A stretch of 64,000 nt of DNA from Lingula anatina (taxonomy: Eukaryota > Animalia > Brachiopoda). Both the position numbers and the translations under genes were made by a program. The notes under the pieces are model-generated. The model did not search any database, had not been told where the DNA came from, and saw only the letters and a program-made list of their open reading frames with translations. The stretch is taken from NCBI GenBank assembly GCA_051362555.1, contig CM120645.1, forward strand, positions 2,728,001 to 2,792,000, given 5' to 3'. Below are positions 1 through 11,096 of the stretch, in pieces (position 1 is the stretch's first letter; each line of letters opens with the position of its first letter).

Positions 1-196
1 AGAATTTTCGCAAGCCTACATTTGCAGAAACGCCCCCTTTTTTCGTAACTGTAAGTGTACATGTCCAGGCAATTACGGTTTAGCGATTTTGCAGAAAGTT
101 ACCTTTTTATTGTTTTGGCTTATTCCCACTGAAACTATCATTCTACGTAGATCGATCCAACTCCGCTAAATCTCTCGCTGAATGTAATTAGTTTGA

Positions 197-382
197 CAGG
201 GCTCCGTAACTCGAAAGCATCGCGTTTCGCGAATAGCGATATCACATAGAGACTACAGTATTATTATTTATTATTAAAACCACCTTAAAAGTATATTGCA
301 TGGGGCGAGTATAGGCGAGTTATGGAATCGAGACGCTTGCGTTCGGTCGCAATGCGCGATGCTTTCGAGTTACGGGGCCCAG
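197..382. mobile_element. MITE-like non-autonomous DNA element with ~28-bp terminal inverted repeats
   Basis: cagggctccgtaactcgaaagcatcgcg (197-224) is the near-perfect reverse complement of cgcgatgctttcgagttacggggcccag (355-382). No coding capacity. Confidence 0.7.
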
Positions 383-605
383 ATTAAATCGCTCGTTTTC
401 CTTATGTTGCATTTTTTGCAGTTCCTATAAAGTGTGCTCTTACCAAACAACAAATTATGATCATGTGTATCATTTTGTATACAGAATGTGAACTACGGGT
501 TTTTCCTACAAATAGATGTCCGAGGTAGAGAGAATGTTCGCTGTTCCTCTTTAATTAAAATTGTACAATATATTATTGAAATAAATATTGCGTTGTTATT
601 TACAG

Positions 606-2274
606 TTATTTCCCATGCTAATCAGCTGGAGAGAAAAACTATAGAGAAAAAGGCAGTGCATTCTGAGGACAAAAGGGGTAAGGTCATTGCCGTTTAACAT
701 TAAATCAGTTTTTATTTCATTCCCCGACCAAAAAGGATGGTTTCTTCAGCGTTGGTTTGTCTGTTTGCTAGTGGACACGATATCCCAAAATGCTCTTCGA
801 GATGATAAAATTTTCGAGTTAACCCATTATTCCGATAATAATTTCAACTGCATCTGGGTCTCTTTATATGTTAAACAGTTTTTGCCTAATTCCTTGGCGG
901 AGGTCTGCGCTCTCCGAGTGCTCAATAGATTTAACACATTGAAATCTGTCTCATCTTGTTTCGTACCTTTGTGATTTTCTTTGTAATGTCTGATAATTCG
1001 TTGTTATTGCTATTTTCTGATTGCATAAACTGGAACATTAAATAATTATTGGTAACAATAATAATGGTTAATTATTTGCAGAGGCAGAATCTGCCGACGA
1101 ACGCTTGGAAAAATCGGACACAGCAGTTGTCCTTCGTTCTGATACGAAAATTCTTCACAGGCAAAAAAGAGGTAAATCCTTTTTTAACAGAATTTTTTAA
1201 TTATTACTTTCTTTAGTTCAGGAGCTTTTGGAAAGTTAAATACCTTCAATTAACACTGGGATCCAACATTGGACCTAGATTTGATTCATAAAAAAACTTC
1301 ATTAATCTTCACATTTACATACTTACATGTAAAATGATTTCATTGAACATAATGTAAAATTTGCGATAAAATGCTCAACTGTGATGGATGGAATACATTT
1401 TTCAAAAAAAGTCCAATCATGACAAATGAGTAAGTCACAGTTTGTTTTTATTGATTAAATAACAAACTTCTGTGTAATAGATTCAAGGATTTATTTGACC
1501 TGTAGAATAAAGATTGAAGTAAATGTATGACCGCTCTGGTCAGGTACAAAAGAGAGAGTGAATCTTTGTTACAGTGAATAAAACAATTTAAACAAAATAA
1601 CTAATCAAATAACTAAACCCGTTTAATAATATAAAATAACTAAACAAATAACTAGACCCGTTTAATAATATAACTTAATAAAAATGTATCATGGTAATTG
1701 AATTTAAAAGAATACTTAGCTCACCTGTAGAATAAAGATTGAAGTAAATGTATGACCGCTCTGGTCAGGTACAAAAGAGAGAGTGAAAAAGGGCGCGGCA
1801 AGCGACTATGATCACGTGAAGACGATTCTCATCACGTGGGAGAAGTAACCAATCAACGCACGTCAAAGACGAAGAAAGAAAGAAAGAAGAAATAGATAAA
1901 TGAATAAGGTGAAAATACATGAAACGGGACTTCATACCATACACCGTCACAAGTATAATATTTCAGTATAAATTGTGTGCTTTCCAATATTTCAGTTCTC
2001 CCAGTGTTGGTTTTCATTCTTGTCAACTTCTGGGATGATTTGGTCTGTTTGGGGCTGAATTTGGCAACCATGTTCAACTGTGGAAGCTTGACGCCAGGAA
2101 CATGCCAAAAGTGAGTAAAAATTTTAGCCGAGCATTGTAAGATCAGCAAATTAGCTGTTATAGTAAATATTATGAAAGTAGGGCCATGAAAATTAAAGAG
2201 GTCTATGTAAATTACGACGTAGTCAGCCTTGTTCGTGTGGTTTCATTTGCATTTTAAAATCCATGGGCAAGTAA

Positions 2275-2319
<45 letters not shown>

Positions 2320-5266
2320 GCGATTGTTTTAATGCTCTTCAAACAACCTCTTTGCTATGCAGGATTAAAGACCTCGACAAAAAGAGAGACCGGATTAAGA
2401 GAAAAGTCAACCAAACCCTCGACGAAGAGGCCCACTGGAGCGTCCTCAACCGGACCAATGACAAAGCTATCACAAGCCTGTATATGATAGGGAAAGAACT
2501 TGAACTCGTAGCCAGCTCAAATATTCGTTTGATGGAGAATCTTAAAGCGCTAGAGGTCGTACAGGAACAGTCTGAAGCCTATGTGCCCGATGACAACAAC
2601 AATCTAATCGAGCAACAAGTCCGATTCCGCATGAATGTGACGCAGTACCTGAATGGAATGAAAGGGGTGTTGGAGGGCGTGAGGGGACAGCTCGATATGA
2701 TGCAGAAGAAAGATTATATGTATTTTGCCATGGCAACTGCAATTCCATTGTTGGCCATGCACACCGGATTGATCACGACCTCGGCAAGAACGGCGCTGTT
2801 GACCCGATCGCAGAACTACCAGGTTGTTGAATTCTTCGGGAAAAAAGGCTCATACCAGCTTGCGACTAATCCGCAGGGGAAGATGTTCATTGTTCAGGAA
2901 AACCCCCAAAAACTTGGGAAGCTGAAAGTCTATGCGAAACTGGACAGTAACGGAAAAGTGGGAAAATTCTGGAAGTTCATGATGCCATCGGGCCAAAGAG
3001 CAGCAACCAACAGTTTCTTAAATTCTATAGACTTCAAACAAGCCCAGCGAGTCGTCAAGCTGCAGGCCCTTGATCCGGACTATCTTAAGACTTTGAAGAA
3101 AACTGGTTATACTTCCGCATTTCTCAGATCTACAGATGGACTGGATTCTGCAAAATTCACCGAATTCGTCAACAACGCAAAAACCAAGCAGCCAAAAGCT
3201 TTGTACGGAGCAAGCGCCGCCACCGACGCAAGCCTTCCGAAGTGGATGCGACAGGTCGTTTCTCCATTCGATCCAAGTGACGTAAAAGCAGTGAGCGCGT
3301 ACAACAAACTTAAAGCCGCCAACCCAGCGCTCCTTGCAGATCTTGAAAAAACGGGGAAAATAGGTGAGTGTAACCTTTTACCTTGCAGCATGGTCTGATC
3401 TATACCCCTACATATTATTCTTAAATCATCCCGACTTGTTATTTAACTTTTTGTGCCCATAGGAAAATAAATAACGCATATATAAACAGGTGCACCATCT
3501 GCACTTAATTTGTCTTTTTTAATTCAGGATGTGTACAAAATGTACATATGCAAGTAGTTATCGAATTTGCATATTGTTAATTAGTACAATGAAGCAGATG
3601 GAATAGTACTGTATCGAACCGGGGTTAATTTGAATTCTCCACTTCAGGCAACTTCCTCGACAAATCAAAGGGCTTGCCTGACGCTGACTTTGACGATTAT
3701 GTCAAAAAAGTTAAATCCGCAAACACTAACGTTGACGGCCTCAAGAACTTCGACTTCGACGCACCGGCCAAGAAGGTGAAATGGGGAAGTTGGCAGAAAA
3801 TGAAGAGCGGATGGAGATCGTTTTCCAACAAGAACTTGTTCAATTTCAGGGGAAGAAAGGTATGTCTGCAGTTAGGGCGAATGCACGGATTAATGTATTT
3901 TGCGTTCATTCTTTTGTATGACCTCTTTCGTCTAATGTATGAATCTACCTTTTTTGCCCACTATACTTCATACAAATTGCCTGTCTAATCGCGTTTGCTT
4001 AAACTTGGCGAATTTGGTGTGAAAAAAATTAAACATCTGTATATATTAACGGCGCTCTTTTATTGAAAAGTAGTATAGGCGACATAAAAGAATCTGACGT
4101 ATTGCACATGTAGCACTGGTTTCTAAATATAAACCATTTTGCGCTTTCATTTGCAGATTAAAGTAGGTTCTGTCTTGAACGTTGGTACCATAGGATCTGT
4201 GATAAATGTTGGACTGTGCATTTACATGGCCGTGTCCAGTACCATCAGCGTCAACGACAAGATTAAAGAAATCAACAATCGTCTCACGGAAGCGGAGTCC
4301 GGCGTCGACTTGAAATTGGAAGAATTAAAAAACCTTACCAACTACGAAAGAGAATTCTTCGGCAGGCTCAAGAACAACTTCTACGGTGTTGTCAGCATGT
4401 TCGATACCAGCGAGGACTCCACCGGTGTTGCCGCCGACCCCAACTGTAAGGATACTCTCTGCGTATTCCTACGAGAAGCCGCCAGGTTGAATGCTATCAA
4501 GAATTACGTAGCAGCTTGGCCAAACGCCACCATTACCAACAGAACCATTTTGGAAGCCGAGGCGGCCTTCCTGAACGTTCTCACCAAATCCAAATTCACC
4601 CTTGTCCAGCTGTATCGCCAGTCCGAGATGGTGGCTCAAATTATGACCTGGGTGGCCAGCAAACTGTCCATCACCAGAATGATGCAGAATGCAGCGGCCC
4701 TTGCAAGACCCTTTGAAAGCATATACGATCTGCTTCGTCTCATCGCAAGAGCTTTCCCTGAAACGGAGGAGTACACCGGGTACCCTTTGAAATGCATCCG
4801 CTCGGTGAGCATAGGAAGCCAACAAGAATTAGACGCCTGGATGGCCAGTAACCAGGTGAAATCACTTGATCCTAAAGTGACCTCATTCATTGACACTGGG
4901 TCCAGCTTCGGAAGTCCTATCAATAACATCCTTTCTTTGATCAACACCCGAATCAACAACGGAGACTTTCCGGCCAATGCCTGTGGCGGTGGGCCCTGCA
5001 CCCGAAATGACGTCATATCGGTAATAGCCAATGATGCCCTTCCAAATCAGGCCACGTATGACGGAGTTGACCTTGCTCCTTACAGACAGCGGACGATCGT
5101 CTGCCCGAACTCAACGACTACTCCAACTCCAACTACAACAACAACTAAAGTTACGACCAAAATCCCGTCGTTATCAAAGTCAGCGATCTCCAATATTTTC
5201 AAAAGCATTAGCAATAGCATGAAAAGAATGCGGTTCCGCTACCGATGGGGTCGCAAAAGACGCTAA
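606..5266 (+). CDS. Orphan secreted/membrane precursor protein, ~866 aa visible, 5'-incomplete. Exons 606-677, 1082-1171, 1996-2110, 2363-3363, 3648-3859, 4157-5266
   Basis: All six exons have AG/GT boundaries and join in frame (intron phases 1,1,2,1,0) with no stops. Translation: ISHA (possible signal-peptide end), charged propeptide, RQKR|VLPVLVFILVNFWDDLVCLGLNL, coiled coil, hydrophobic helix, Lys-rich domain, hydrophobic helix, coiled coil, helical repeats, Thr-rich linker, RYRWGRKRR*. Family not recognised; start exon not located. Confidence 0.8.
1498..1787. repeat. 65-bp exact direct repeat (1498-1562, 1723-1787) flanking short AT-rich tandem repeats, intronic
   Basis: acctgtagaataaagattgaagtaaatgtatgaccgctctggtcaggtacaaaagagagagtgaa occurs twice; aaataacta(a/g)acccgtttaataatata is duplicated between the copies. 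Confidence 0.85.
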
Positions 5267-5859
5267 TTATTAAAAGAATATAAACGCAACAAAAATGCTT
5301 TATAATTACCTAAGAAAGAATGAAATTTTTGTTGATGTAGTCACATGACTATAATTGGCACTTTTGTTGTTATGCTTGAGTTTTTAAGTAGTAGTATTAT
5401 TTTTTCAATGTTAAGCTTGAACATATCCGTATATGTGATGTTGTGACAGACAAGCGTAGGCTACAATGCATTCTCAAACTTATGTACTTGCATTAAGGGT
5501 TCCATAATTTGATTCTTTAGGTTTTACACTTTAGGTTATACACTGGTATACCTTTTTTTACTTTCACCGGATGTACATAACTAAGGCAGTGTGTACGGAT
5601 GGATATTAACCCCGTCATTATTTTTGTTAGTGTATGGTTGTTTAATTGATAAAATGAAACATATTAGTCTTAAAACTTAAACATTTTTGTTTGTTTTTTT
5701 TCGTGCGAGAAAATGGATACGTATCAGTACATTCAGAATAAATTGAGTAGACATTTCTGTATTCTGAAATAAACGGATGGAATGCCCAATGCTTCATATT
5801 TATTTATTGACGCCACGTATATAGGCCTTCCACATGTAGGCCCTATCTTGCGACCGATC

Positions 5860-5896
<37 letters not shown>

Positions 5897-6606
5897 GTGG
5901 CTGCAGTAGGCCTATAATAAAGTTGATTATCTGATTATAGTGCTGCTTTTAACCGAAGTTTAGGCACAGGAAAATATTGTAAAACTTCTATAAAACGAAA
6001 TAAATCATATTTACCGCCTTGAGCTATATATTTATGTTTACATGTAAGATAATTTTTCTCTTCATGATGTTTATCCTAGTAATGAAAATGGTAGGCTACT
6101 AGTCGTGTATGGGAGCACTATAGTCATTGGTACGATAGGCCTACTAGCATGCTACTGCTTGGAAGCAAATAATGAACTGGTGGTTTCTGAAATATTTGCA
6201 ACCTTTTTATTTTGTCTCGATGCCAGATTTGAAGTTACGTAGGCCTAATCTACGCCTTGAAAAACTTTGGGTGCTTAGGCCATACTGATTACACAAAGTG
6301 GTAATGGCCACAGGCCACATGAATCTGTGGTGGAACAACTAAACTAGATTTTCGTGCCATGTGCACAGTGTTTAAATGCATATTCGGCATTCAGGGCAAG
6401 CAATCACGCGAAGGAACCAGGCCCATGCACCAAATTGTAAAAAGCGGTAAGTTTTTGTTTAGTGGTGGAAAATTTTTTAAAATCTACCCAATGAGTCTTT
6501 TTTCTCATTTTTTCCCATTTAATTAAACTGGTTGTCCTCTGATTGTGGCTTTTGAACTCAAAACAGTTTCAGTCTGTCTGACCGAAGCTTTGTAGTTTTA
6601 AAGGCT

Positions 6607-9600
6607 TCAATCTGCAGCGTTTTCCGTTCTCAAGGCAATCAGGCGATAAACCTGCAGGCACAACACGATGGCGTTTTTGCAAACAAAAAACAACATGGTG
6701 TAGCTGGAGAGTCCATAGTACGCAATAGCCACAACACGAATCACGAAAAACGGAAGATCTTGCATGAAGACTATCACCAGGATGCCGGTGATCTCGGACT
6801 CGCAACATCTGTAGAGGCAAATCACTTCATTGCCGCCGCTGTTGTCGTCTGTAATATCGTCGGTTCCATTCCTGGAAGACGACCCCGCAGATGGGCTCCC
6901 AGAAATCTCAGTTCTGACGTCCTCCTTGGAAACGGTCCCTGTTGATATATTGGAGATGCCATCGCCATCTAGTGACTCGATGAACGTATCCATTTGTATG
7001 TTTTCATTGGGCAGTCCCGTTTTGCTGCTGCTGCAGTGACTGGCAGATGTCGCTGGCGTCACTGTCGCCATTTTTGGCATTCGTTTCCGTCTGCCGGTAA
7101 GCACAAACGTGAACTGAAGAAGGCTCCAAGACCAGGCAGCCAATATGCTAAGAATAAACTCCATGTCTGGCAGCTTATTTTTGTCGATGAAAAATCCAAT
7201 TATGCCAAAAAAGTCAATGATGTCAGACGCAAGACCAAGGTAGACCAGTAGGAGATGCGAAAGTTCGTCGCGTGTTAGCTCTCCCTTCGGTAGCAGCCAC
7301 CGCCCAAGGATAAGTACGACCAACAGAGACTGCTCAATGTACAGCGCCCACTCTCCGGCGGTGAAGTTGAGGGAAAATGTCACTTCATCTGGAATCTTCA
7401 GTAAAAAAAAGAACAAAAATATTTTAAATCGGCATTATACTCAATTCCACATTTAAGAAAAAAATTGGCAGATGATGCATTTTTTAAAAAATTCTTATAG
7501 GCCTACAGCAAATATAGGCCTACTGCAAACAAAACACTTTTGAGAGCACTTTTCTTTCCTTAGGGTGTGTAAAAGTGCCTTTTATTACAAGCTGCCAAAA
7601 AGAAACTTGTATTTTGTAAGAAGAAAATAGTTATTGATTTATATTATCCATAAATACTTATGCACCGTGTCCTAACGTGTGGGCGTCCATGTAGTCGCCA
7701 ATTTGCTTCGTCGCCCCCCCCCCCCCCCCCCCCTTCATTCTTGAAGCGGAAGTGAATTCAGGCATGGCAAAAACGTCAAAGTGCAATTTACACATTGTTT
7801 TCTTAAGACACCATTGAAAGCGCTATATACATCCACATCCTTTGTATATGTAGGCTACATTTCAGCTAATAACAAATTCATAATTGTCATGTCACAGAGC
7901 ACGACGAAGATGTGTGGTACCAGTAGGCCTACAACTCAATATTTGATTAAAGGTATACGCAGCGATTTTGTTCTATCCAAGCAAAGTGAGTTTTGTAATT
8001 AATGACAAAATGAACTTTTTAATACGCAATGTTTAAACATTTCAACATAATATGCTATTAATGTAGATCTTCTAGTGACGATATAGCCTTTTTATACCTG
8101 TTTTAATTTTTCAAAAGCAATTTTTGGATTTCTGTGGCCCCATCAGTAATTCAAAAATTGCTTTTGAAAAATTAAATTGGGTGAAGTTGACAGTGGCGAT
8201 TAAGGGGGTGACGCTTCTTGGATTATTTTTTCAAATATTTCGCCCCAATAATTTGCCTCTGAAGCCTTTCAGTGCAAAGTGTTCTTACCCCTATTCCAAA
8301 CTGCATGGACCATTCCGTGGACTCATTGGTGGTAGTTGTATTAGTCCGAATCCGCTCAATTTTGTCCAGCTCTATAAACCATATAGCGGGTACCACGCTC
8401 ATCAGATAGAACAGAAAAGAAGGGCAATACCTGAAAAAACATAATAAAATTTGTTTGTGTTGTTATTTTTTCCTTTTACATAATCATAAAGGTAAATTCA
8501 TGCCGGGCAAATGATATGAGGATTCTTCTGCCCAGTGTCATTCCACGTGATCCTGGTATTCTGTAGTGATCTTTTTAGGTTAAAACCTCCATAGAACCCT
8601 TAACAAAAACAGAGATAAATTGTTACAATCAATAATATCCGCGAGACAATTAAACCCATTTGTAGAACTAATCCAATCCTTTAAACTATGAACACAGAAC
8701 TCTCAGGCGGCTCTACCTTGACGCTACAAATCTTCCCTTGTCAACTGAAGTGCGCGCAAATAATTAAGCAAACTCCACTCGGCCGTCGCCATCCACAGAA
8801 AACAATTACAATGACGAGCGCCCGGCAGTAATATAGGTAATATAGCAATGGTGTTTGTCCTTTACTTCACAATGACAGCTTACAGTTATTACATCAATTT
8901 TGAAGCATTTAGGAGCGGAAACAGCTATTAGAAAATGGCAACACTCATGATTTTCTCTTGAATTATTTTCAAGTCATTTTTATATCGACCTATCAGTTCC
9001 TGGATGCGTGTAATCTTTTTTATGACTGCTGTCAAATTCTGCACAAAAGCTTTTACGTGACTGGGTGGAAGAAAATTAACGGACAAAACACGATTCTCAT
9101 CCAAATGTTTCGTGTGATATATGAGAATATCTATTTTATCATAAACGCCTGTCAAGTATTGTTTGCGCCAAACCGAGTACAAACTTCCATCTATGCCCAA
9201 CAGTATTTAGGTTATGCTCACCTTTGTTTATTTATTATTAAATGGGTTCACTTCTGCCGTTAGGTAACCAATTTACAGCGGATGGTATAAATAAGATCTG
9301 TCTCTAAACAGAATTGATGCCATTTACAGGGTTTCTATACAGATATTTGAAGTGCCGGTAAATCGTATCATGCTATCTCTTTTTTCTTCGACGGCGGGCA
9401 ATTTTACTATAAAATGTACTGCACGAGGATGAAAGAAAAAAAACGCTTGGCTTTGTCTCATTATGCATAGTGTTAGGCGAAAGGGATTCTTCCAAAATTG
9501 GCGGCTGGGGCACGTAAACTAATGTACCCTCCCCTAGATTCGACTTTATATTTGTGAATACCGATGTCATTTTTACTGTATCAGGCTGGTGTGCTATTTA

Positions 9601-10609
9601 TTTCATCGTCTAACCTGCATGTTAGACGACTTTAATCAATCCCCTATGCAGCTTTGACAAATTAAGTGTCACTATAATTGGTTATGTGAATTGTCTCCGA
9701 GTTCGTGGCATTTGCTCCATCTGCTTCGCAGTGTGAAATCAGCATTTTAAAAATCAATGATTACTTATCACTTTACGATACTGTACATCTGTTTTGTCAC
9801 TTAGATAGCACTGCACCGAGAGAAGCATATGACCCGCTGAAGTTCAAAGTCGCGCAATCATCTGAGGAGTCGTATTGAGGGTTCGTTCCGTGTTTTAATA
9901 AGTTTGGTTTATAACGTTTGCTTCTACGCTGTACTAACTAAAGAAAGGAAATATTCCGAGGCGTCGAACTAAACTGCTTTTAATAAAGAGGGTGCTGAAC
10001 ACACATGCTCTTTCTTTGGTTTTCTCTTACACTCGCGTGCGGGTGCAAACATAGACGCGCAGACACACGTACTTTGTTAAATTATTCATTTGCTTATCCT
10101 AAATATTTATTATTAACTTAATTGCATTTGGGAAAATTAAGTCTCTACTGCAAATGTACCAAACTAATTTTCAAGCAGATATGATTATTTTATTTTACAC
10201 GCGAGGTTGATATTACTGCGTTTTGTGCGAGAGCATTCAGTCGAGAAATCTGCAATTTCCATTAATAATATAATGATATACAGTACAATGACCGTATTTT
10301 ATTATCATAGAGCATACATATCTATTACTCTGTCAACTAGTGTCATAAAGGAAAATACCTAAATATGAAGGAAGACGATAATGCTGGTTGAGGGGGAAAC
10401 ATAATAAGGGTTTAATTGACCTATGTGAATTACCGGTACATATCTTTAGAATTGTTCAGGTATTCCTGTCATTTTTGCGTCAACAGAATTACGAGTAGAA
10501 GATAAAGATTATTTGATTGAATATACGTGCAGAAAATAAAGAATTTACCTGAGTTTTTTCAACATTTAGATATAGAAAGACCTACCAACCATTTGAATTA
10601 AACAACAAC

Positions 10610-10651
<42 letters not shown>

Positions 10652-11096
10652 GTGAATCTCTACAGTTCTTTGATGTTCTCCTGGGTCTTCTTTGTTCTTT
10701 CTCTCATTATTATTATTATTATTATTATTGTTATTATTATTATTATAAGTTTAACGAGCGTACCATGCATTTACAGACTCTCTTCCGAATAAGTTTCTAA
10801 ACATAACGGGCCTACCACAAATAGAATTATATGACACTTGGTATTGCAACTCAATTCACAAATTCTCAAACTACATATACCGCGGTATGACATGCTACCT
10901 ACCCTTTCCATTCCTCCCCTTTCTTCTTGGCCACAATGATGAGCGTTTCTAAAAGAAGCAGACCCAGAGAACTTGCCAGAAGCCACCAGTAGTCTCCTTC
11001 TGGTCGGATTTGGGTAACTCTCCATATGGCAACAAGGGAATGGCAAGCAAATATCAGTCTTGTAGCCACGGCTACGAACGCTGCAAAGTTCCCCAT
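6607..11096 (-). CDS. TMEM26: Transmembrane protein 26-like. Exons 11096-10903, 8430-8289, 7395-6607
   Basis: Family motifs ATRLIFACHSLVAIWRV, GEEWKG|YCPSFLFYLMSVVPAIWFIELD, LILGRWLLPKGELTRDELSHLLLVYLGLASDIIDFF, WSWSLLQF, MQDLPFFVIR, FFVCKNAIVLCLQVYRL. Splice phases 2 and 0 are consistent. Exon 2 is not in the ORF track and was read manually. Confidence 0.9.
10611..10650. repeat. (ATT)n microsatellite; similar tracts at ~10706-10746, 13516-13557 and 57144-57198
   Basis: Read directly from the sequence. Confidence 0.95.

Noticed and set aside
1-605. Candidate start/signal-peptide exon of the orphan gene (donor-like gtaagt at 51, ATG near 456)
   Set aside because: No ATG-initiated hydrophobic frame ending in a convincing phase-1 donor; the first exon probably lies upstream of the window.
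1498-1787. Direct repeats with a spacer as a possible CRISPR array
   Set aside because: Only two 65-bp copies, inside a eukaryotic intron, with no cas genes.
4469-5031. Antisense ORFs 4469-4825 and 4636-5031, and similar ones opposite the UGT, TLR and GPCR (e.g. 53337-53831)
   Set aside because: Shadow frames of real coding exons with no motifs of their own.
5859-5897. Poly-A followed by poly-G as a retrocopy tail or G-quadruplex
   Set aside because: No TSD or upstream retro-sequence; homopolymer G/C runs occur throughout the window (7713, 19979, 59737, 63185).
9373-9570. ORF containing KPSVFFLSS as TMEM26 exon 2
   Set aside because: The real exon 2 is 8430-8289 (YCPSFLFYLMSVVPAIWFIELD) with correct splice phases.
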